From a virus (Duplodnaviria; Caudoviricetes): a stretch of DNA of 64,000 nucleotides. The stretch's first letter is position 1, and the number at the start of each line of letters is the position of its first letter. Shown one piece after another: positions 16,753 to 24,688 of this stretch. The notes under the pieces are model-generated. The model searched no databases. It worked only from the letters and a program-made list of their open reading frames with translations, and was not told the origin of the DNA. The position numbers were made by a program, and so were the translations under genes. Location of the stretch: the IMG/VR virus record IMGVR_UViG_3300043406_000028, positions 1-64,000 of that record; one strand, 5' to 3'.

Positions 16753-17591
16753 TTATAGTTCTCGCACATGGCCTTGATATCGCTCTCCAGGCTGGGGAGC
16801 CCTAGGCCGAATGCATGGTCGGCCCTGGTGATATCCATTCTGGTATCAAGGGGACGAATCACTCTCTGGGCTTGATCCGCCGCCGCGACAGGGCGAATCC
16901 CTTGGGCGCTCAGACCCATTCCATCTGCCAGCAGCATGGCAAACTTGGCCTTCGACATGGCGGTGGACGCACCGAGATTGAAGGTTCCGACCTTGTTGGT
17001 CTTAGCCATCTTCACCAGACAATCGGCTAAGGTCTTGGTCCATAGCGGATTGAAGAACGAATCGGTGAAGGCGTTGAAGATATCTCCGCTCTTCATCTTG
17101 GTTAGAAAAAAATCAACTAGACTACTCTTCCTCGCAGACAAAGCCTTGCCATAGAGATTGGTCCTGACAATCAGATGATTCGTGGCCTTGGCTGCCGCAA
17201 ACTCACCCATGAACTTGCTCATCCCATACATATTGATGGGATTCTCACTTCGAGAATGCTCCTTGTGAGGCCCGTATCCGGAATAGACCATATCGGTCGA
17301 TATGTAGATAAAACGGCATTCCTTCGACATATGAGTGACAAGATTCTCTGTCATCCCCGCATTGGCAATCACAGCCTTGTGCGGATGGAGTCCGCATTCA
17401 TCCACGTTGGTCATGGCTGCTGCGTGGACGATGATTCCAGGTGTGTAGTTTTCTATGACGAATTTGGCGTTTCGCTCATCCGTCAGGTCGCAGACCTTAG
17501 TGGATATCCCATGCACTTCTCCAAGCTTGGAGAATGCCGTCATCAGGTATGGACCCAGGAGACCTGTGGCCCCGGTAATAAGGATACGCAT
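16740..17591 (-). CDS. RmlD-like NAD(P)-dependent nucleotide-sugar reductase (extended SDR)
   Basis: ILITGATGLLG, HAAAMTNVDECG, ISTDMVY, YGMSKFMGE. Confidence 0.85.
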   Translation of the reverse strand: MRILITGATGLLGPYLMTAFSKLGEVHGISTKVCDLTDERNAKFVIENYTPGIIVHAAAMTNVDECGLHPHKAVIANAGMTENLVTHMSKECRFIYISTDMVYSGYGPHKEHSRSENPINMYGMSKFMGEFAAAKATNHLIVRTNLYGKALSARKSSLVDFFLTKMKSGDIFNAFTDSFFNPLWTKTLADCLVKMAKTNKVGTFNLGASTAMSKAKFAMLLADGMGLSAQGIRPVAAADQAQRVIRPLDTRMDITRADHAFGLGLPSLESDIKAMCENYKCTN

Positions 17592-17797
17592 TACTTCAAC
17601 CGCCTCATCCACTTGGTTACGTTGCGATCATTCTCTGTGATGGCAGCCATGATCTTCTTGGCTTGCCTAGGCCGCGCCTTGAATGCCAAGGCCAATAACT
17701 GCATCCAGCAGTTGTTATTTTTGCGGCGGATTCTTGTTACTTCTTTGACGACCAACCCATTGGTGATCTTGCGGTGAACGTACTTACGCTTCTTCAT
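17591..17797 (-). CDS. Small basic hypothetical protein inside sugar operon
   Basis: 68 aa, coupled to both neighbours by start/stop overlaps. Confidence 0.55.
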   Translation of the reverse strand: MKKRKYVHRKITNGLVVKEVTRIRRKNNNCWMQLLALAFKARPRQAKKIMAAITENDRNVTKWMRRLK

Positions 17798-18765
17798 ACG
17801 AGATCCTTTAATTGTTCGACGGTGAGCCACTGGGAGTTGGAGTCGCTGGAGTACCTCCAGCCGGACATGACCAGTGTTTCGTATTGTCTCTTGATGTATC
17901 CGGATGGATTGATGCAGTAATAGGTCTCGCCCTTGAGGCCGATTCCCATCGTTGTTGTCACACTCTCATCTTCGGTGATCAGAGTTTCGTGGAGCTTCTC
18001 TCCGGGGCGGATTCCTGTGTTGAATTCCACAGTTCCTCCATCATTGCCATGAACAGCATGAGCAAGATCAATGATTCTGATCGATGGGATCTTCGGGACC
18101 AGAATCTTCGAATGAAACCCCTCATCGGATATCTCCAGCGCGTTCATGACCAGATCGATGCTCTGATCCAGAGTGATCCAGAATCGCGTCATCCTTTCGT
18201 CTGTTACTTTGAGCGTCTTGCCTTCCGCCTTGAGTTTCTGGAAGAGCGGAAGAACAGAGCCGCGAGAACCAGAGACATTACCGTAGCGAACGACATTGAA
18301 CCGGCATTTCCCCGCAGCCATTGCGTTAGCTGCAATAAAAATCTTCTCCGCCGCGAGTTTCGATGCGCCGTATAGATTGATCGGATTAACCGCCTTATCT
18401 GTCGATAGTGCAACGACTCGTGAAACTGAAGTGCGTAACGCCGCTCGGATAACATTTTCGGCACCCGTGACATTTGTTGCTATGCACTCCGTTGGATTGT
18501 ATTCTGCCGTTGGAACGATCTTCAGAGCCGCCGCATGGATAACAGTGTCCACGCCACGCATGGCCATCTCAAGCCGACCCAGATCACGCACATCTCCGAT
18601 GAAGAAGCGTAGTCGATCATCATTGAACTTTCGCTCCATCTCTTCTTGAAGATGCTCGCCACGGGAATAGATGGCGATACGCTCAATCTTATGGTTATTG
18701 AGGATGTGCCGGGTAAAGGCTTGGCCGAAGGAGCCAGAGCCGCCTGTGACGAGAATGGATTTCAT
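17794..18765 (-). CDS. pseB: UDP-GlcNAc 4,6-dehydratase (inverting), PseB/FlaA1
   Basis: TGGSGSFG, FFIGDVRD, HAAALKIVPTAEYNP, LSTDKAVNPINLYGASK, VRYGNV.GSRGSV, MTRFWITL, GIRPGEKLHE. Confidence 0.92.
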   Translation of the reverse strand: MKSILVTGGSGSFGQAFTRHILNNHKIERIAIYSRGEHLQEEMERKFNDDRLRFFIGDVRDLGRLEMAMRGVDTVIHAAALKIVPTAEYNPTECIATNVTGAENVIRAALRTSVSRVVALSTDKAVNPINLYGASKLAAEKIFIAANAMAAGKCRFNVVRYGNVSGSRGSVLPLFQKLKAEGKTLKVTDERMTRFWITLDQSIDLVMNALEISDEGFHSKILVPKIPSIRIIDLAHAVHGNDGGTVEFNTGIRPGEKLHETLITEDESVTTTMGIGLKGETYYCINPSGYIKRQYETLVMSGWRYSSDSNSQWLTVEQLKDLV

Positions 18766-20768
18766 GCTGACTTTCGCAGTGCCTGACCCTGGATATGTCC
18801 CTTGAGATATTGCTTAATCTGCCCATGCGCGGACGCCTCGTCGATCAGATCGAGGGTATGTTTGTAAGCCTTCAGGATTCGCTGAATCTCTGGTTCTTTC
18901 ATGGCATAGGATACGCAGTTGGCATTGAGGCACAGGACCCCTTGTTGGGCCATTTCCTGGATGAACAGTGCCTGAATATCCGAATCCTTGAATTTGATCT
19001 TCACAAGCGGCGAGATTCCGCTGAAGTCCATCGACTTTCCAGAGCGATGCGATATGGCCGACCTGATCTTGATCCCAGTATCGTGCAGATGACGGATGAC
19101 ACCCTCCCGCTCCATCTTCTTGATGGTTGCCAGGGCCGCAGCGATGGACAGCGTGTCGCCGAAGAACGTGCCGGAGAAGAACACGCCACTCTTGCCGTCC
19201 ATCATCTTCATGATGTCGCGCTTGCCGACCAGGGCAGAGATTGGCATTCCATTGCCCATCGACTTGCCGAAGCAGGCCAGATCAGGTGTGACACCAAAAT
19301 ACTCTTGCCCTCCGCCGAGCGCATAGCGGAAGCCGGTCTGAATCTCGTCAAAGATCAGAATTACCCCGTTCTGGGAACACCAGAGTCTTAAAGCCCTGAG
19401 GTATTCAGGATCATGCGTCGGCTCTACGATGACCGCAGCAATCCCGCCATTCAGAAACTGCCGACAGGATTCAATATCCTTCATATCTCCGTAACTGATG
19501 ACCTGTGACACTCGCTTCACGCCATCAGGGATTCCAGCGTTTTTCCCTTCCAGCCAAGCGGCTGACCAATCCGCCCATCCGTGGTATCCTCCGACCAATA
19601 CATGGTCCTGACCCGTGTAAGCCCTGGCAAGCCGAACTGCGGCGCTTGTCACATCGGTTCCTGACTTGCCGAATTGGACCATTTCCGCGCACGGGATTAG
19701 TTCACAGAGCTTCTCGGCCAGTTGACACTCAAGCTTGGTAGCCAAGCTGAAGCTCATTCCGGAATTTAACTGTCTCCGGACAGCCTCATCTACGTCAGGA
19801 TCGCGGTATCCTAGGACGACAGGCAGGAGTGCGCTAACCAGATCAACGTAATCGTTGCCATCGACATCAAATATCCGAGCGCCATCCCCATGAGAAACAT
19901 AAAGCGGAGCGCCTCCCGCTGGGTACCATAGGTGCGATTTAGAAAATGTCTGTGACCCAAGTGGTATTGACTTGGTTGATCGCGCCAGTAGGGCGTCTGA
20001 TCTGGTATATGTTCGTGGGGGTAATCGCTCTTCTGCGATTCCTTCGTAAAACCGTTCATTTCGAATGGCTCCGGCATTGATCCCCCTCAGGGCTGGATTC
20101 AGATCAAGGATTCGCATGATCTCGGTAGACGAAGGCGGCTTGCCCATAGGGACGCGCCGCGCAATCTCCTTGCACAATTCGTAGTCCTTCTGCGTATCCA
20201 GCACCCAGCGCTCCTTATGAGCCCCAGGAAACGGGCAAATCAGGTACTCGGCAGGGAAGCGATCCTGGTTACGGATGATCCATTGTGTCACACAGTCCCG
20301 ATCAGAGGGTCTGGTGGCCTCTTTCCACGCCGCTTCGAGTGCTTCGAAGGTGAAGCACTCAACATCCAGGCCGTCAGGCCACGTTGGCTGGTTGGAGCAA
20401 TAGGAGGAATTGGTCATCTCCATAAGCTGGATGACCTGCCCCACCACATTCGGATCAATAAACGGACAATCGCAGGTGATACGCAGGATCACATCGGCAT
20501 TACGCTTGATGGCGCACTGATAGAACCGATCCAGCACATCGGATTCCGAGCCACGCGATACATCGACATTGTTCTCTACGCACCACTTAGCGATTACGTC
20601 ATCCGCAGTCAGCGTAGAGGTGGCAATGCAGACCTGATCGACGCCTGGAGACTCACGCAAAGCTCGAACCACCCACCCAAGGACCGGCATCTTCTCCAGC
20701 GGAGCCATAACCTTGCCAGGAAATCTCGTGCTGCCCATGCGGGCCTGGGCAATAGCTAAAGTTTTCAT
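18762..20768 (-). CDS. SpsF/PseF-like cytidylyltransferase fused to class-III (GSA-like) aminotransferase
   Basis: N-term AQARMGSTRFPGKV, RGSESDVLDRF, RITCDCPFID, PDGLDVE; C-term GSQTFSKS, KSGTDVT, FDEIQTGFR, FGKSMGNG. Confidence 0.85.
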   Translation of the reverse strand: MKTLAIAQARMGSTRFPGKVMAPLEKMPVLGWVVRALRESPGVDQVCIATSTLTADDVIAKWCVENNVDVSRGSESDVLDRFYQCAIKRNADVILRITCDCPFIDPNVVGQVIQLMEMTNSSYCSNQPTWPDGLDVECFTFEALEAAWKEATRPSDRDCVTQWIIRNQDRFPAEYLICPFPGAHKERWVLDTQKDYELCKEIARRVPMGKPPSSTEIMRILDLNPALRGINAGAIRNERFYEGIAEERLPPRTYTRSDALLARSTKSIPLGSQTFSKSHLWYPAGGAPLYVSHGDGARIFDVDGNDYVDLVSALLPVVLGYRDPDVDEAVRRQLNSGMSFSLATKLECQLAEKLCELIPCAEMVQFGKSGTDVTSAAVRLARAYTGQDHVLVGGYHGWADWSAAWLEGKNAGIPDGVKRVSQVISYGDMKDIESCRQFLNGGIAAVIVEPTHDPEYLRALRLWCSQNGVILIFDEIQTGFRYALGGGQEYFGVTPDLACFGKSMGNGMPISALVGKRDIMKMMDGKSGVFFSGTFFGDTLSIAAALATIKKMEREGVIRHLHDTGIKIRSAISHRSGKSMDFSGISPLVKIKFKDSDIQALFIQEMAQQGVLCLNANCVSYAMKEPEIQRILKAYKHTLDLIDEASAHGQIKQYLKGHIQGQALRKSA

Positions 20769-21661
20769 GTGAGTCCGGCCTGTTTACGAACCTCAAGACA
20801 GATTTTGAGAACCTCAAGACCTTCTTCGCCGCTGCATCCGATTGTTTCCTTCCCATCGATTCTGCTGATGAACGCTTCCATCTCTTCGATGTAGTCCTCG
20901 TCGTAGGAACCGCTGAGGCGCTCCCAGCATCTTATGTCCCCAGCATTCTCATTTGGGACTAGGGCGATGTGTCTATCAGGTAGACTGCAATGGATGGATG
21001 CTTTCGACCCATGGATCGTGAATCTGCGCTGCTCTGGCTTGGTGATGTAATCCAGATGAACCGTAGACCGGCACCCACTCTCATGCGTGAGAAGGATATT
21101 GGTCATATCGTCTTTGCCATCAGTCAATCTTGTGGAAGAACCCGCAACTTTCGCAGAGCCCAACAAATAAAGGGCAAGATCAATCTCGTGGCTCCAATTC
21201 AATATGCAACCGTCACGTAGATACGGAGGTTTTTCGCTATACTGTCCGAGGGTAAAATTGGCCCAGATTGGCTTGCCGATGAGCCCGGCGTCCAGCCACT
21301 CCTTGGCTTTCTTGACGCAGCTATGGAATCGGAGGTTGTAGCCGACTGTCAGCGCATTCTTCGGATATGGCAATCCGCTATGGATCATCTTATCCGCTAT
21401 CGGCTTTTCCACTAAGCATGGCTTTCCAGCCACCCATACTCGCCCAAGATGCTCGAAGTGATTTGGTGTTGGGCTAGCGATAACAATCGCCTCTGCATCC
21501 ATAACATCGTCAATATTTTCTACGATGCGGCCTAGCGGTGCTGCTAACCATCGTCGCTCGTTGTCTGGATCATAGCCAATAATTTGATGTCCCATGGTGT
21601 GCAGATTCTTGGCATGCCTCATGCCGATACTGCCAAGTCCAATGATTCCGATTGTTTTCAT
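20765..21661 (-). CDS. Gfo/Idh/MocA family oxidoreductase
   Basis: GIIGLGSIG, IASPTPNH, LVEKPI, VGYNLRFH, SHEIDL. Confidence 0.9.
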   Translation of the reverse strand: MKTIGIIGLGSIGMRHAKNLHTMGHQIIGYDPDNERRWLAAPLGRIVENIDDVMDAEAIVIASPTPNHFEHLGRVWVAGKPCLVEKPIADKMIHSGLPYPKNALTVGYNLRFHSCVKKAKEWLDAGLIGKPIWANFTLGQYSEKPPYLRDGCILNWSHEIDLALYLLGSAKVAGSSTRLTDGKDDMTNILLTHESGCRSTVHLDYITKPEQRRFTIHGSKASIHCSLPDRHIALVPNENAGDIRCWERLSGSYDEDYIEEMEAFISRIDGKETIGCSGEEGLEVLKICLEVRKQAGLT

Positions 21662-22254
21662 TTTGCTGGGAATGCGTTCTTGGTGTCTTTTTGCAGGATA
21701 GTAACGCTGGTCTCACCCTGAACCGTTCTTCCGCATAGAGAGTATGTGGGATGAGCAAGCCATAGCTTCGAGAAGTCAAAATGATGGGAGAACAGACCAG
21801 CCTTGTGCTTGTAGGGGACCTTGAAGGTGTGGTCTGGATAGAAGTCATAGACAACGAGATGACCTCCATCTCTCAGGATTCTGTCGCCCTCTAGTGCGAT
21901 TTTGAAGTAATCATCTGGGTCGCAGAGATACAGGCACCAGCCGTAAATCAGCATATCGAACTGTTCGTCGGAATACTGGAGACGATCAGCAGTTCCGGCC
22001 CAGACCTGAACCCTGGATGATCCACGCTTGCTGCCGTAGGCGGGGTCATAGCCCTCGACATGGCATCCCCACATACGCTGCATAACCTCAAGCCGGGCAC
22101 CATCGGCACAGCCGACTTCCAGAACACGATCTGGAATGAGCTTATACTTGTCGATAGCTTCTAGGACTGGATCGCTGTTCTCGTCATAGCGGCCAGCATT
22201 CCGAGCCATCCAGGCTTCGCCTTCTCCGTGAAGAAAGGTCAGAGATTGTTTCAT
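21658..22254 (-). CDS. Class I SAM-dependent methyltransferase
   Basis: VLEVGCADG, GYDP, FDMLIYGWCLY; resembles methylases found in Pse clusters. Confidence 0.8.
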   Translation of the reverse strand: MKQSLTFLHGEGEAWMARNAGRYDENSDPVLEAIDKYKLIPDRVLEVGCADGARLEVMQRMWGCHVEGYDPAYGSKRGSSRVQVWAGTADRLQYSDEQFDMLIYGWCLYLCDPDDYFKIALEGDRILRDGGHLVVYDFYPDHTFKVPYKHKAGLFSHHFDFSKLWLAHPTYSLCGRTVQGETSVTILQKDTKNAFPAK

Positions 22255-22763
22255 CGCTGACCAAGGCTCCCATACAGGTGCATGCTGACTGGCTTCCCTT
22301 TCACCAGGAAATGATCCTGGACAATGGCCTCATGTCTCATCCCGTATTTGGTGCAGATTCTGATCATCGGGGCATTCAGGGACATGCAGCCAGCTTCGAT
22401 CTTTCTGATCGACTTTTCGATGAACAGATAATTACAGACGCACTCCCAAGCCTCAAAGCCGTAGCCTTTGCCCCATTGGGTCTTATCCCCAATCATGATT
22501 CCGACATTGGCGACATTGTTGGGCTGGTCTATGCGGACGGCTACAGACCCGATTGGCACTGTCGGTGAATAGATGCTGTAGACGAAGTTTGGTGCAGCGG
22601 TGGCTGCTGAGAGCCAGTAATCTCCCTGTGATTCCTCAGTGTGAGTTTTATGACGTTGCTCAGAATATTTAACGACTTCCGGATCATTCAGCCAACAAGC
22701 AAATAGACCAGCTTCATCCATATCTGGCGGCTCCATCAGAAGCCTTGGAGTTGCAAGAATCAC
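22251..22763 (-). CDS. GNAT (RimJ/RimL) N-acetyltransferase, PseH-like position
   Basis: WLNDPEV, GIMIGDKTQWGKGYG, N..MIRI..K.G. Confidence 0.85.
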   Translation of the reverse strand: MILATPRLLMEPPDMDEAGLFACWLNDPEVVKYSEQRHKTHTEESQGDYWLSAATAAPNFVYSIYSPTVPIGSVAVRIDQPNNVANVGIMIGDKTQWGKGYGFEAWECVCNYLFIEKSIRKIEAGCMSLNAPMIRICTKYGMRHEAIVQDHFLVKGKPVSMHLYGSLGQR

Positions 22764-23023
22764 TTCTTCCTCGGCATCTGATCTTTGAGGTGCTGGATAA
22801 TGGCCAGCATCGTTTCTGACAGCATCAGAACTCCAGCCGCCTCGACTGAATAGCCGCCCAGCTTTCGCCGCTTGACCACTTCCTCCATCACCCGAGCCTC
22901 AAGCTCGATCATGTCGTCTCTGTGCATGTATTTCTCCTGTTGGTTTTAGGTAGCCCAAATTGGGCTTCGTTGCCCAGTTCGTATGTAGGAACTATAGTTT
23001 GATATCCACAGGCATCTAAATTC

Positions 23024-24688
23024 ATGAATTTCGCCAACAAGATCGCCAAGGCTGGCATGCAGATCGCCAAGCTGAAGGAGCGCGAAATCTATGAAGGAGC
23101 CCTGATTGACTTTGCAGAATACGTCTGGCCCGTGGTTGAGCCCGCTATTCCATTCGTCAGAGGTTGGGCCATCGAAGCAATTGCCGAGCATCTTCAGGCA
23201 GTTACGGACGGTCAGATCAAGCGCCTTCTGATGAACGTCCCGCCCGGATTCACCAAATCCCTGATGACCGATGTGTTCTGGCCAGCCTACGAATGGGGTC
23301 CCAGGAACATGCCCTGGCTGCGGTATGTCTGCGCCTCCTACTCCAACCACCTGACCGAGCGCGACAACATGCGCTGCCGCAACATCGTGATCTCGGATCG
23401 CTATCAAAAGATGTGGGGCTCCCGGTTCAAGATCTCGAACGAGCAGTTCACCAAGATCAAGTTCGCCAACGACCATACTGGGTGGAAATTGGCTACCTCC
23501 GTGGGAGGCATCGGCGTCGGAGAGCGCGGTGACAGGTTCATTATCGACGACCCCAACAACACCATGGACATGGAGTCCGAGCAGGTCCGGGATACTACGA
23601 ATCTGTGGTTTACCGAGGTCGTGCCCGACCGTCTTAACAACCCACAGGATAGTGCTATCGTTATTATCCAGCAGAGGTTGCATGAAGACGATGTGAGCGG
23701 AGTCGCTCTCTCCAGAGAGATGGGATACACGCACTTGATGATCCCGATGGAGCATGATGTTTCAAGGCATTGTGTGACCGTTTTGGGGCTAGACAGTGAC
23801 GGAAATAAGAAAGTATGGGAAGACCCCAGGAAAGAGGATGGGGAACTGGCGTGGCCTAATCGGTTCACCCAGAAGGTCTGCGATGACCTGAAGCGGGATA
23901 AAGGCCCTCATGCATGGGCTGGGCAATACATGCAGAGCCCGGAGCCAAGGGGCGGTTCCATCATCAAGCGCGATTTCTGGCAGCTATGGGAGCAGCCTAA
24001 GTTCCCTCAGTTCGAGTATATCCTGGCTTCGGTCGATACCGCCTACACCGATAAAGAGGAAAACGATCCTAGTGCTTTGACAATCTGGGGTGTTTTCCGG
24101 GACGAATCCTCCCTTAGAACGACTGATTCCGACATCCTTTGGATGCCTCGCGATGGGCAGGCGCTACAATCCATCAAGGGAAATCCCAAGATTATGCTGA
24201 TGTACGCTTGGCAGGAGCGGCTCCAATTCCACGAACTGCTTGAGAAGATTATGGATACCTGCGGGGCGGGGTCAAAAACCAAGCTGGGGGCCAAATTCCC
24301 AGTGGATCGGGTGCTTATCGAAGCCAAGGCTAGCGGCCAGTCGGTAGGCCAGGAAATGCACCGCATGCTACGCGGGACCGGGAAATTCGGGGTGGAGCTA
24401 AACCCGGTCGAAGGGGACAAGTACGCCCGGCTCCAATCCGTCCAGCACCTGTTCTCCGAGGGCATGATCTATGCTCCCGACAGGGCCTTTGCAGATATGG
24501 TGATCGACCAGTGCGCCGTGTTCCCCAAGGGCTCCCGAGACGACTTGGTGGATACCACCTCGCAGGCACTGCGATACTTGAGAGATCAGGGCTTTGCGTT
24601 GAGGCGCGAAGAATACATCGTAGAAGAACGGGAAGAGATGATGTATAAGGGCGCATCCTACAATGCGCCGCTTTACGGTAACTTCTGA
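23024..24688 (+). CDS. terL: Terminase large subunit
   Basis: LLMNVPPGFTKS (Walker A), IIDDP (Walker B), IIQQRLHEDD, ASVDTA, LIEAKASG, DDLVD nuclease motifs. Confidence 0.95.
   Translation: MNFANKIAKAGMQIAKLKEREIYEGALIDFAEYVWPVVEPAIPFVRGWAIEAIAEHLQAVTDGQIKRLLMNVPPGFTKSLMTDVFWPAYEWGPRNMPWLRYVCASYSNHLTERDNMRCRNIVISDRYQKMWGSRFKISNEQFTKIKFANDHTGWKLATSVGGIGVGERGDRFIIDDPNNTMDMESEQVRDTTNLWFTEVVPDRLNNPQDSAIVIIQQRLHEDDVSGVALSREMGYTHLMIPMEHDVSRHCVTVLGLDSDGNKKVWEDPRKEDGELAWPNRFTQKVCDDLKRDKGPHAWAGQYMQSPEPRGGSIIKRDFWQLWEQPKFPQFEYILASVDTAYTDKEENDPSALTIWGVFRDESSLRTTDSDILWMPRDGQALQSIKGNPKIMLMYAWQERLQFHELLEKIMDTCGAGSKTKLGAKFPVDRVLIEAKASGQSVGQEMHRMLRGTGKFGVELNPVEGDKYARLQSVQHLFSEGMIYAPDRAFADMVIDQCAVFPKGSRDDLVDTTSQALRYLRDQGFALRREEYIVEEREEMMYKGASYNAPLYGNF

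Noticed and set aside
14384-22763. Sugar operon as host chromosomal flank of a prophage
   Set aside because: Phage genes on both sides, phage-type ORFs interleaved, no att site or integrase seen; a chimeric assembly cannot be fully excluded without reads
22946-23755. 269-aa minus-strand ORF and similar long antisense ORFs over terL, portal and ejection genes
   Set aside because: Antisense to well-supported genes, no recognisable motifs; expected from GC-rich codon bias
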